24,000 nt of DNA from Halobacteriales archaeon QS_3_64_16. GTDB lineage: Archaea; Halobacteriota; Halobacteria; Halobacteriales; Halococcaceae. A program made the position numbers and the translations under genes. The stretch covers positions 169,165 to 193,164 of the forward strand of contig PXRJ01000001.1 in the NCBI GenBank assembly GCA_003021705.1, read 5' to 3'. Each line of letters begins with the position of its first letter. The first letter of the stretch is position 1. This document shows, piece after piece, positions 17,313 to 24,000 of this stretch. The notes beneath the pieces are model-generated. The model was not told the origin of the DNA, made no database searches, and saw only the letters and a program-made list of their open reading frames with translations.

Positions 17313-17636
17313 ATGAGCATGAGTACGCATGCGAGCATGGAGGCACACAGCGACGAGAACGCGGCCCGGGCCGAGGACATCACGACGCTGATCGGCCGGG
17401 AAGTCTACTCGAGCAACGGCGTGTTCGTCGGGGAGATCGAGGACGTCCGTCTCGATCTCGACGCCGAGAAGGTGAGTGGAATCGCGCTAGCGGCGCTCAA
17501 CGAGGACTTGTTCGCGAACGTCGCCCGGGGTGCTCGCGGCGTCGTCGTCCCCTATCGATGGGTGCGGGCGGTCGGCGACGTAGTCCTCGTCCACGATCTC
17601 ATCGAGCGCCCCAAAGACCCCGAAGACGAGGAGTGA
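17313..17636 (+). CDS. PRC-barrel domain protein
   Basis: LIGREVYSSNGVFVGEIEDVRLDLDAEKVSGIAL...VVVPYRWVRAVGDVVLV is a typical PRC-barrel pattern, followed by an acidic tail. Confidence 0.8.
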   Translation: MSMSTHASMEAHSDENAARAEDITTLIGREVYSSNGVFVGEIEDVRLDLDAEKVSGIALAALNEDLFANVARGARGVVVPYRWVRAVGDVVLVHDLIERPKDPEDEE

Positions 17637-17680
17637 GGGGACGGGGAAACCGATGCCGTCAGAATCGAGAACCGGCTTCC

Positions 17681-19126
17681 TTAGCTCCCGTTGCCGTTGC
17701 TCTCGACGCCCATCTCCGCGAAGAGACGTCGCCGGACGGCTTCCTCGGTGAGCGATAGGAGCGTCTCACGATTCTTCTCGCTGGTCTCGATGCCGGTGAA
17801 AATGCCCAAGGGGATCTCGACCGAGGCGTCCGTCGAGTGCCCGACCGCCTCGCCATTATTGCCGAAGGCGTCCTCGAGCACCCGGCGGATATTGAGACGG
17901 ATGTCCTTCGAACGTGCGGCCAGGTGGATCGTGTCCTCGCTGATCGCGAAGACCGCCGTCGTGGTGATCCCTTCCAAGTTGAGCAGGTGTTGGGCCGCCC
18001 GGGCTAAGGCATCTCGATCGCGGACGAACCCGGCGTTCGAGACCAGGTGACTGCCCCGGACTTCCCGATTGCCGATCGCCTCGGCGAGGACGTCTAAGGT
18101 CTCGGGGGACATCGAGGGCGATTCGACCTGTTCTAAGGTGTCGTGATCGGCGAAGGGATAGAGATAGGCCGCGGCGGTGAGATCGGCCGGTCTGGTATCG
18201 CGCTTGAAATCGAGAGTTTCGGCCCGAATGCCGTACAACAGCGCGGTCGCGACCTCCTCGGAGAGCCCCAGATCGAGTTCCTGGACGTACTTGGTAAGGA
18301 TGGTCGAGGTCGAGGAGACGTTCGGGCGTACGTCGCTAAAGGTCGCGTCGAACTCGATTTCCGGTTCGTAGTGATCGACGAGGATGTCGACCGGGCGATC
18401 GATCGGGGTCTCGGTGGCTTTTGCGTGATCGACGAGCGCGATCGTATCGTACTCGGCGAGATCGACTTCCGAACGGGTGAGGAGTTCGATCCCGAGGATG
18501 TTGACGAACGCGCGGTCTTCCTGGTGGCCGATCTCGCCATTATAGAGGATGTTGCTCTCGACATCGCGGCTGTGACAGATCGCGCGCAACGCAACGGTAC
18601 TGGCGATGGTGTCCGGGCCGGGGTTGTCGTGAGTGAGGATCGCCAGTCGTCCGTCGGTGCCGTCGATGACCTCGGCTAGCTGTTCGGCTTTGTACTCGAG
18701 CTCGCCCGTCTCGAGGGCACGCAGGGCCGCGTTCGCGATCACCTCCGAGGGGTTGATCACGACGTCCGCACCCCCGTCGCGCAGCTCGTCGGCCGAGACC
18801 GGGTCGGACGCGCGGGCGACGATGAACTGCTCACCGCCCTCTCCACGAACGTTCTCGACGGCGACCTGGTTGGCCTCGATATCCGAGGCAAGGATCAACA
18901 ACACGTCGCGATCGACGATGGCTTCGGCGACCTGTTCGTCACGGATGTCGGCGGCCTGGGCATTCAAATCCTGGTCGCGAAGCGAGTCGACCCGATCTTC
19001 GTCTCGATCGACGATGAAGAGGTCCTTACCGTCCGCCAGAAGGTCCTCGGCGACGGCGTACCCGACGCTCCCACACCCCAAGATCGCATACGAAGAGACT
19101 GATGCCATCGCGCTACCAGCACTCAT
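17681..19126 (-). CDS. TrkA-N (NAD-binding Rossmann) domain fused to a DHH/DHHA1 phosphoesterase-like domain
   Basis: N-terminal ILGCGSVGYAVAEDL...IVDRDEDRV (GxGxxG plus acidic residue), then a DHH-like core and a DHHA1-like C-terminus. ATG 19126 was chosen because a TATA-like box lies 29 nt upstream. ATG 19108 is an alternative. Confidence 0.85.
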   Translation of the reverse strand: MSAGSAMASVSSYAILGCGSVGYAVAEDLLADGKDLFIVDRDEDRVDSLRDQDLNAQAADIRDEQVAEAIVDRDVLLILASDIEANQVAVENVRGEGGEQFIVARASDPVSADELRDGGADVVINPSEVIANAALRALETGELEYKAEQLAEVIDGTDGRLAILTHDNPGPDTIASTVALRAICHSRDVESNILYNGEIGHQEDRAFVNILGIELLTRSEVDLAEYDTIALVDHAKATETPIDRPVDILVDHYEPEIEFDATFSDVRPNVSSTSTILTKYVQELDLGLSEEVATALLYGIRAETLDFKRDTRPADLTAAAYLYPFADHDTLEQVESPSMSPETLDVLAEAIGNREVRGSHLVSNAGFVRDRDALARAAQHLLNLEGITTTAVFAISEDTIHLAARSKDIRLNIRRVLEDAFGNNGEAVGHSTDASVEIPLGIFTGIETSEKNRETLLSLTEEAVRRRLFAEMGVESNGNGS

Positions 19127-19150
19127 CACACGAGATTGGTGACCCGGGCT

Positions 19151-19158
19151 ACTTAAGC
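19151..19158 (-). promoter_or_regulatory. TATA-like box (minus-strand GCTTAAGT) for the TrkA-N/DHH gene
   Basis: Centred about 29 nt upstream of ATG 19126. Confidence 0.35.
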
Positions 19159-19163
19159 CTCGC

Positions 19164-19490
19164 CACGCACGTTTTGCTCTGCGCTCGCGGTCTTCGACCG
19201 CTCGCTCGGCAAAACCTGCACTAAAAGCACTCCTCACTCCTGTCGCGCTCACTCCGTTCGCGCAGTAGTCGCTCGTCGGCCCGCTCGTTCGCCGATGGCT
19301 CACTCGCGGTAGAACTACTTGCGCTACCACTACCACCGAACCGCAGGCAGAGGACGATCGCGGTAGCGGACACGCACACTCAGCGCGAACGAGCGCGGAG
19401 CGCGAGTGAGCGTTTTTGCTGTTCTCGTGAGCGCCAGCGAACGAGAGCAGGGAGCGGCTCTACCGCGACCGTGCAGATTTTTGCTGGCCC
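19164..19490. repeat. Repeat-dense non-coding spacer with diverged inverted copies of a GCAAAA-CTGCAC / CGCTCAC / CGCTCGTTCGC module
   Basis: GCAAAACCTGCAC (19209-19221) matches the reverse complement of 19471-19484. Perfect 11-bp inverted pairs occur at 19282-19292/19385-19395 and 19298-19308/19401-19411. (T)TTTTGCT boxes lie at 19171, 19412 and 19478. No acidic ORF is present. Confidence 0.6.
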
Positions 19491-19503
19491 CGCAGCGAAT
19501 GAC

Positions 19504-19565
19504 CGAACGAAGTCGTTCGAAACGGCGAAGTCGTTTCGTGATGACGAGAGAGCTTCGCTCTCTCG
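19504..19565. other. Three consecutive stem-loops
   Basis: CGAACGA-AG-TCGTTCG (19504-19519), CGAAACG-GCGAAGT-CGTTTCG (19518-19538) and CGAGAGAG-CTTCG-CTCTCTCG (19545-19565). Confidence 0.55.
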
Positions 19566-19595
19566 AACCATGAGGGAGCGAGTGAGGACGCCAGG

Positions 19596-19600
19596 AAAAA
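19596..19600 (-). terminator. T5 stretch (minus strand) downstream of ribL
   Basis: A5 on the plus strand reads as T5 on the minus strand, 11-15 nt after the ribL stop (19611-19613). It lies next to a GGTGC...GCACC inverted repeat that spans the stop codon. Confidence 0.4.
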
Positions 19601-19610
19601 GGTGCGTGCT

Positions 19611-20036
19611 CTAGCACCGCTCCGCACAGATCCGGTCGATGATCGTGCCTGTCGAGAGCACGGCCTCAAAATCGGGCTCACACGCCGACGCGCGGCGGAC
19701 CACACAGTCGATCCCTCGTTCGGCCAGAGCCCGCTCGATCGCGCTCTCCTCGTGGTGCTGGTCGTGGCCGAGCACGATGATATCGGGATCGATCCTCTCG
19801 ATCGGGACGAAGATGTCCTCGGGGTGGCCCACTATAGCCCGATCGACCGGATCGAGTGCCCCTACCACTGCCCGGCGCTGGTCGGCGGGGACGATCGGCC
19901 GTTCCTTGTGGGTGACGTTCGTACTGCGACTGACGATCACGGACAGTTCCTCGCCCATCGAAGCGGCCTCCCGGAGGTAGTGGATATGACCGGGATGGAG
20001 GAGATCGAAGGTGCCCTGCGCGACGACCCGACTCAT
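19611..20036 (-). CDS. ribL: Archaeal FAD synthetase (FMN adenylyltransferase, RibL type; cytidylyltransferase fold)
   Basis: [10 protein letters not shown] nucleotidyltransferase motif, [25 protein letters not shown] and [10 protein letters not shown] closely resemble archaeal RibL. ATG 20036 overlaps the upstream gene's TGA (ATGA). Confidence 0.85.
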   Translation of the reverse strand: MSRVVAQGTFDLLHPGHIHYLREAASMGEELSVIVSRSTNVTHKERPIVPADQRRAVVGALDPVDRAIVGHPEDIFVPIERIDPDIIVLGHDQHHEESAIERALAERGIDCVVRRASACEPDFEAVLSTGTIIDRICAERC

Positions 20037-20647
20037 GGAAGGAACCAACCCGCGTCGTCATCGGCGTCGTCTCGGTGATCCCTATCGGTAGTCTTCCCGA
20101 TATCGTCAACGTCGGACCCATCTCGACCCGGATCCCGGCCTTCCGCGGCGAGTTCGGCGTCGATGTCGGCTTGGGTGAAATCGAAGAAGGCCTCGTCGCG
20201 CTCGCGGTACCGGGCTTCAGCGTCGACGTCGATATCGAGCACCCGGAGATCAGTGCGAGTCCCTTCCCGATCGAAGGCCCGCCAGTCACGTTCGCGGTAG
20301 GGCGCGCCGACGATGATATGGATCGGTCCCCGAGTGAAGGTCGCGAGGTCGGCGTCGCTCGGGCGGAGCACGCCATTGGGATGGGAGTGGACCGAGCCGA
20401 CCATCCGGAAGTCGTTCGGTACGAGGCTCGTCCGCACGGTTGCGCTCACCGGGTTGGTCTCGGTCGCGGGTACGACGAGCACTTCGGTTATTACGATGCC
20501 CTCCCGATCGAGACCGACTTCCTCGGCATCCTCGCCACGCAGTAATCCCATATATTCGTTCGGGTGGCTATCGGCGGCGGCTCCGAGAACGAGATCGAGT
20601 GCGGGCGCGGCGATACCGAGCACGTCGCCTGACCGAGAACGGCCCAT
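20033..20647 (-). CDS. JAB1/MPN/Mov34 (JAMM) metalloprotease with an acidic C-terminal tail
   Basis: Complete JAMM motif: Glu in HPNEYMGLL and [14 protein letters not shown] (H-S-H-x7-S-x2-D). TATA-like box 27 nt upstream of ATG 20647. Confidence 0.88.
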   Translation of the reverse strand: MGRSRSGDVLGIAAPALDLVLGAAADSHPNEYMGLLRGEDAEEVGLDREGIVITEVLVVPATETNPVSATVRTSLVPNDFRMVGSVHSHPNGVLRPSDADLATFTRGPIHIIVGAPYRERDWRAFDREGTRTDLRVLDIDVDAEARYRERDEAFFDFTQADIDAELAAEGRDPGRDGSDVDDIGKTTDRDHRDDADDDAGWFLP

Positions 20648-20670
20648 AGGAGGAGTGGTTCCGGATCACA

Positions 20671-20677
20671 TCTAAGG
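20671..20677 (-). promoter_or_regulatory. TATA-like box (minus-strand CCTTAGA) for the JAMM-ribL operon
   Basis: Centred 27 nt upstream of ATG 20647 in the divergent intergenic region. Confidence 0.3.
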
Positions 20678-20761
20678 CTTTTGTCTTCCCAATGTGGCCG
20701 CTACGAACCCGGAACGGGCCGAGGCAGGGCTGGCGCAGGCCCGCGCACACAGTGCAGAAGG

Positions 20762-20768
20762 GTTAAAC
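20762..20768 (+). promoter_or_regulatory. TATA-like box GTTAAAC for the RecJ-like gene
   Basis: Centred 30 nt upstream of ATG 20795. Confidence 0.4.
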
Positions 20769-20794
20769 GCGAACTTCCCGAAAAGGCGCTACAG

Positions 20795-22717
20795 ATGTCT
20801 ACACCGCCCGACGCCGAAGAAAGAGGCGTCGAAGTATCCGACGACGCGGTGATCTACGAGATCGGTCCCGACTGTACCCGAGAGGACCTCGCGGTCGGCG
20901 AACTCTACTCCGCGACAGTCAATGGCATCGTCGATTACGGCGTGTTCGTCGATCTCTCCGAGTCGCTCTCGGGGCTCGTCCACGACTCGGAACTCGACGG
21001 CGATCGGTCCTACGCCGTCGGCGAGGAACTCGTCGTCCGGTTGATCGACGTGCGGGAGAACGGCGATCTCGGGTTCACGACGGTCGATATCGATCCCAGT
21101 GATCACGAGAGCGCGGAACGCAACCACGAGTTCGAGACCCCCGGGGCGAGCGATCTCGAGGGCGCCCTGGGCGAGACGGTCGCCCTCGAAGGGCGGGTCG
21201 TCCGGATCGAACAGACCGGCGGGCCGACCCTCTTCAGCATCGGCGACGGCTCGGCGATCGTCCCGTGTGCAGCCTTCGAGGAAGCCGGCGTCCGTGCGTA
21301 TCCCGCCGTCGAGATCGACGAGGCCGTCCGCGTCGTCGGCCGCGTCGAACGTCGCGGCGAGGGCCTCCAGATCGAGGTCGAGTCACTCACGCGGCTCGAC
21401 GGCGAGGACGGTAATCGAGTCGCCAGTCAGATCGAAGACGCTCTCGCCGACCGGGCCGCTCCCCACGATATCGAGACGCTGATCGAGTGGGATGCCCTCG
21501 ATACGCTTCGTCCGGGACTCGAAGCGGTCGCTCGCGTCCTCCGGCGAGCAATCCTGGAAGGGCGGCCGATCCGCATCCGCCATCACGCGGATGGCGATGG
21601 GATGTGTGCGAGCGTACCCACCCAGTGTGCCCTCGAGAACTTCGCCGATCGCGTCCACAGTGATCCGTCGGCGAGCCAGCACGCGATCAAGCGCCTGCCG
21701 AGCAAGGCCCCCTTCTACGAGATGGAAGACGTCGTGCGCGATCTAAATCACGCGCTCGGCGACCGGGATCGCCACGGCCAGCGAATGCCGCTGCTGTTGA
21801 TGCTGGATAATGGCTCCACAGAAGAGGACGTCCCGGCTTATCGTACTCTCTCGCAGTACGACGTCCCGATCGTCGTTATCGACCACCACCACCCCGACCC
21901 CGACGCCGTACAGTCACTGCTCCGCGCCCACGTCAACCCCTATCTGGAGGGTGAGGACTACGCCGTGACGACGGGCATGCTCTGTGTCGAACTCGCGCGG
22001 ATGATCGACTCCGAGCTCCCCGACCTCGATCACGTCCCCGCGGTCGCCGGGCTGGCCGATCGCTCCGACGCCGACGCGATGAGTGAGTATCTCGCGCTCG
22101 CGGAGCAGGCGGGCTACGACGAGAGCGAACTCCGGGACGTCGGCGAGGCACTCGACTACGCGGCCTTCCAGCTGCGCTATAACGACGGTCGCCACCTCGT
22201 CGACGACCTGCTCGATCTCGGGGCCGATAGCGATCGCCACCGCGAGCTGATTTCACTGCTCGCCGACCGAGCCGAAGGCGACGTCGAGCGCCAGCTCGAA
22301 GCGACACTACCCCGGTCCGAACGCGAGGACCTCAGTAATGGTGCTGCGTGCTTCCGTGTCGATCTGGAGAACTACGCCCATCGCTTTACCTACCCGCCGC
22401 CGGGCAAAACGACAGGAAAGATTCACGACCGGAAGGTCGCCGACGAAGGCGAGCCAGTCATCACGATCGGCTACGGCCCCGATTTCGCCGTGCTCCGTTC
22501 GGATGGCGTGCGCCTCGACATACCTCAGACGGTGACCGAACTCACCGAGGAATTACCGGGGGCTGGCGTGAGCGGCGGCGGCCACCTCGTCGTCGGCTCG
22601 ATCAAGTTCGTCGAAGGCAAGCGCGAGACCGTTCTCGACGCATTGATCGAGAAGCTCGGGGAAGCGGATCTGGACGAGGAACTCGGCAGCGCGGCGGTCG
22701 CCGGCTTCGAGGACTGA
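20795..22717 (+). CDS. RecJ-like DHH/DHHA1 nuclease with N-terminal S1 and OB-fold domains
   Basis: S1 domain (GELYSATVNGIVDYGVFVDL...LVHDSEL) and OB-fold (ALEGRVVRIEQTGGPTLFSIGDGS...). DHH motifs are intact: HHADGDG, MLDNGS, VIDHHHPD, and DHHA1 GGGH. Start set to ATG 20795 (MSTPPDAEE...) because the ORF-track extension is Arg/Gly-rich. Confidence 0.88.
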   Translation: MSTPPDAEERGVEVSDDAVIYEIGPDCTREDLAVGELYSATVNGIVDYGVFVDLSESLSGLVHDSELDGDRSYAVGEELVVRLIDVRENGDLGFTTVDIDPSDHESAERNHEFETPGASDLEGALGETVALEGRVVRIEQTGGPTLFSIGDGSAIVPCAAFEEAGVRAYPAVEIDEAVRVVGRVERRGEGLQIEVESLTRLDGEDGNRVASQIEDALADRAAPHDIETLIEWDALDTLRPGLEAVARVLRRAILEGRPIRIRHHADGDGMCASVPTQCALENFADRVHSDPSASQHAIKRLPSKAPFYEMEDVVRDLNHALGDRDRHGQRMPLLLMLDNGSTEEDVPAYRTLSQYDVPIVVIDHHHPDPDAVQSLLRAHVNPYLEGEDYAVTTGMLCVELARMIDSELPDLDHVPAVAGLADRSDADAMSEYLALAEQAGYDESELRDVGEALDYAAFQLRYNDGRHLVDDLLDLGADSDRHRELISLLADRAEGDVERQLEATLPRSEREDLSNGAACFRVDLENYAHRFTYPPPGKTTGKIHDRKVADEGEPVITIGYGPDFAVLRSDGVRLDIPQTVTELTEELPGAGVSGGGHLVVGSIKFVEGKRETVLDALIEKLGEADLDEELGSAAVAGFED

Positions 22718-22824
22718 TCGGCTCCCGGCAATCGGTCCTCGTTCGAGCGCTACGCCGAGAGCGACGATCTCAGATTGCATGTGCCGGCTAGTGCCTCATT
22801 GAGATAGGGTTCTTCGACGAGACA

Positions 22825-23346
22825 ATGGATCGAACCCCGGGTAGCGTCTCGAACGAGGCTCTCAGCCGGTTTCGAGATGGACTAAATGAGTACCTCACGG
22901 CCGACGGTGCTCGTCGCTTGCTCGAGTCGGTCGACTCGGAGTCGGTACTCGAGGGGGCGCTCGCCGAGGACATCCCGACCGAGGAAGGAGCTCGAATCGT
23001 CGGCCGGCTGCTTGGGCGCGTGGTCGCGAAGGAAGCGACCAGTTACCTCCCGATGGGCCAGGTCGTCGAGGCGACGATCGGCCGGGCGGCCGGCGAGAAG
23101 ATCGGCGAGGGGGCGGTTGCACTCCTCATCCAGTACGGCAGCCTCGCGGCGATTCTCGCCCGCCTCGACTCGATGACCGAGGAAGACGAGTCCGAGGACT
23201 CGGGCGCTCGGCTCGGTGGCCTCGCTATTAGGGAGCGAGCGAGTAGCGCCCGCGAGCGCCTCCCCGGGATCGGCGGGACCGAGACCGTCTGGGAGGCCGA
23301 AGAGGCGACATCGATCCCGATCACCGATGACCTCGAAACGGAGTGA
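22825..23346 (+). CDS. Hypothetical acidic protein (173 aa)
   Basis: Acidic haloarchaeal-type composition and an uninterrupted frame. I recognise no motif. Confidence 0.55.
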   Translation: MDRTPGSVSNEALSRFRDGLNEYLTADGARRLLESVDSESVLEGALAEDIPTEEGARIVGRLLGRVVAKEATSYLPMGQVVEATIGRAAGEKIGEGAVALLIQYGSLAAILARLDSMTEEDESEDSGARLGGLAIRERASSARERLPGIGGTETVWEAEEATSIPITDDLETE

Positions 23347-23365
23347 GGAGTACCGATCACGGCTC

Positions 23366-23415
23366 GAAACTGGATCGATAGGTCGACGATCTAGAAACGG
23401 ATCGATAACGGTCGA
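23366..23415 (+). repeat. Two direct repeats of about 21 bp (GAAAC-GGATCGATA-GGTCGA), each containing the ATCGAT palindrome
   Basis: GAAACTGGATCGATAGGTCGA (23366-23386) and GAAACGGATCGATAACGGTCGA (23394-23415), 76-125 nt upstream of ATG 23491. Confidence 0.6.
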
Positions 23416-23490
23416 AATTGGGTACGAGTTCGGGGAACGGTCTTTAGGACGTAGTGCGTTCGTCAGCGTAGACGCACGCGGGGGAAGAGA

Positions 23491-23838
23491 ATGAGCCATC
23501 AGGAACTGGAACGTCACAATGGGAGCGTCGAACCGGCGCCCCAGGAGCTCGAGGAGTGGACCTTCGGCGTCGCGGACAAGGGAATTCCGAGTGACGAACG
23601 AACCGAAGGCGAGCGGTCGGTGGACCCCGCTGCTTACGAGCCCTCGGAGGCGGTCCTCGAAGAATGGGAGTTCGGCATAACTGAGGAGCGAAGCGAGCGA
23701 ACCGACGCGGCCGATGCAGGGGCGACTAATACGGGGATATCGTCCACGCTCGAAGCACGGCTGGCACCAATCGTCGGGTTGCTCGTCGTCGGATCGTTGC
23801 TCCTAGCTGGCGGCTATATACTCGTGATGACGGTATAA
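23491..23838 (+). CDS. Small acidic protein with a C-terminal transmembrane anchor and a duplicated LEEWxFG motif
   Basis: The acidic N-terminal 90 aa contain QELEEWTFGV and AVLEEWEFGI. The C-terminus has a hydrophobic helix, LAPIVGLLVVGSLLLAGGYILVMTV. Confidence 0.6.
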   Translation: MSHQELERHNGSVEPAPQELEEWTFGVADKGIPSDERTEGERSVDPAAYEPSEAVLEEWEFGITEERSERTDAADAGATNTGISSTLEARLAPIVGLLVVGSLLLAGGYILVMTV

Positions 23839-24000
23839 CGAACGAAGACCGAGACCACGGATACTGAACTTCGCTGTCGACGTTCGAGAGACGGATCCGG
23901 CTGCACGTCCCTCGGAGCGAAGGCAACTCCGAGGAGCCCTTCCCTGCGGACGTCGCCACCGACCTCGCTCTGGCCGACGGCGAGGAGGCCGTGACGGGAG

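Noticed and set aside
19127-19336. 70-codon N-terminal extension of the TrkA-N/DHH ORF
   Set aside because: The Rossmann GxGxxG motif starts a few residues after the internal Met. The extension runs into the repeat-dense spacer and is basic.
19164-19565. Possible CRISPR array in the repeat-dense spacer
   Set aside because: The repeats are short (8-14 bp), in mixed orientation and irregularly spaced. There is no constant repeat-spacer periodicity and no cas genes in the window.
19330-19705. ORFs 19330..19617(-), 19380..19571(-) and 19460..19705(-) inside the long spacer
   Set aside because: Highly basic (Arg/Ser/Leu-rich) translations of repetitive DNA, with no acidic haloarchaeal character. 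Treated as non-coding.
19678-20376. 232-aa minus-strand ORF overlapping ribL and the JAMM gene in another frame
   Set aside because: Pro/Arg/Ser/Gly-rich shadow frame. The annotated frames carry the HxGH and JAMM motifs.
20681-20794. 38-codon N-terminal extension of the RecJ-like ORF
   Set aside because: Arg/Gly-rich and spans the divergent promoter region. A GTTAAAC box lies 30 nt upstream of the internal ATG 20795.
23840-24000. Possible partial gene at the right edge: the plus frame reads ...EEPFPADVATDLALADGEEAVTG, and an open minus frame enters from beyond 24000
   Set aside because: No usable start codon in the plus frame before GTG 23991. The minus frame would overlap the 23491..23838 gene and has unconvincing composition. 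Too little sequence to decide.

Overview
This window looks like a GC-rich haloarchaeal (class Halobacteria-like) chromosomal segment. The predicted proteins are strongly acidic. Almost every start codon I chose has a TATA-like box centred 26-32 nt upstream, as expected for leaderless transcripts. I used that spacing to trim several over-long ORF-track N-termini. All domain calls come from reading motifs by eye; no searches were run.

Content from left to right:
- **ABC-2 exporter operon (167-3943):** three genes. The first permease carries an extra C-terminal PrsW/CPBP-like intramembrane protease module.
- **Housekeeping genes:** an aldo/keto reductase, a cation-diffusion-facilitator transporter and a HIT-family protein.
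- **TnpB-only IS200/IS605 (IS1341-type) element (about 6725-8185):** it has matching subterminal hairpins and sits beside the HIT promoter.
- **Small zinc-ribbon protein (8501-8701).**
- **Lactate-utilisation island (8965-16915):** lutC-like, a lutB::lutA-like fusion, a convergent roughly 1030-aa FAD/Fe-S/CCG D-lactate-dehydrogenase-type fusion, and a decayed L-lactate permease gene.
- **PRC-barrel protein, then a TrkA-N plus DHH/DHHA1 protein** whose catalytic motifs are degenerate.
- **A 480-bp non-coding spacer (19127-19610)** dense in repeats and hairpins.
- **JAMM/MPN protease gene overlapping ribL by ATGA,** divergent from an S1-OB-DHH-DHHA1 RecJ-like nuclease gene.
- **Two small acidic hypothetical proteins.**

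I recognised no rRNA, tRNA or CRISPR array. No complete novel multi-gene system is evident. The most unusual items are the exporter-protease fusion, the permease pseudogene inside an otherwise intact lactate island, the TnpB element with its predicted guide RNA, the degenerate DHH paralog and the repeat-dense spacer.
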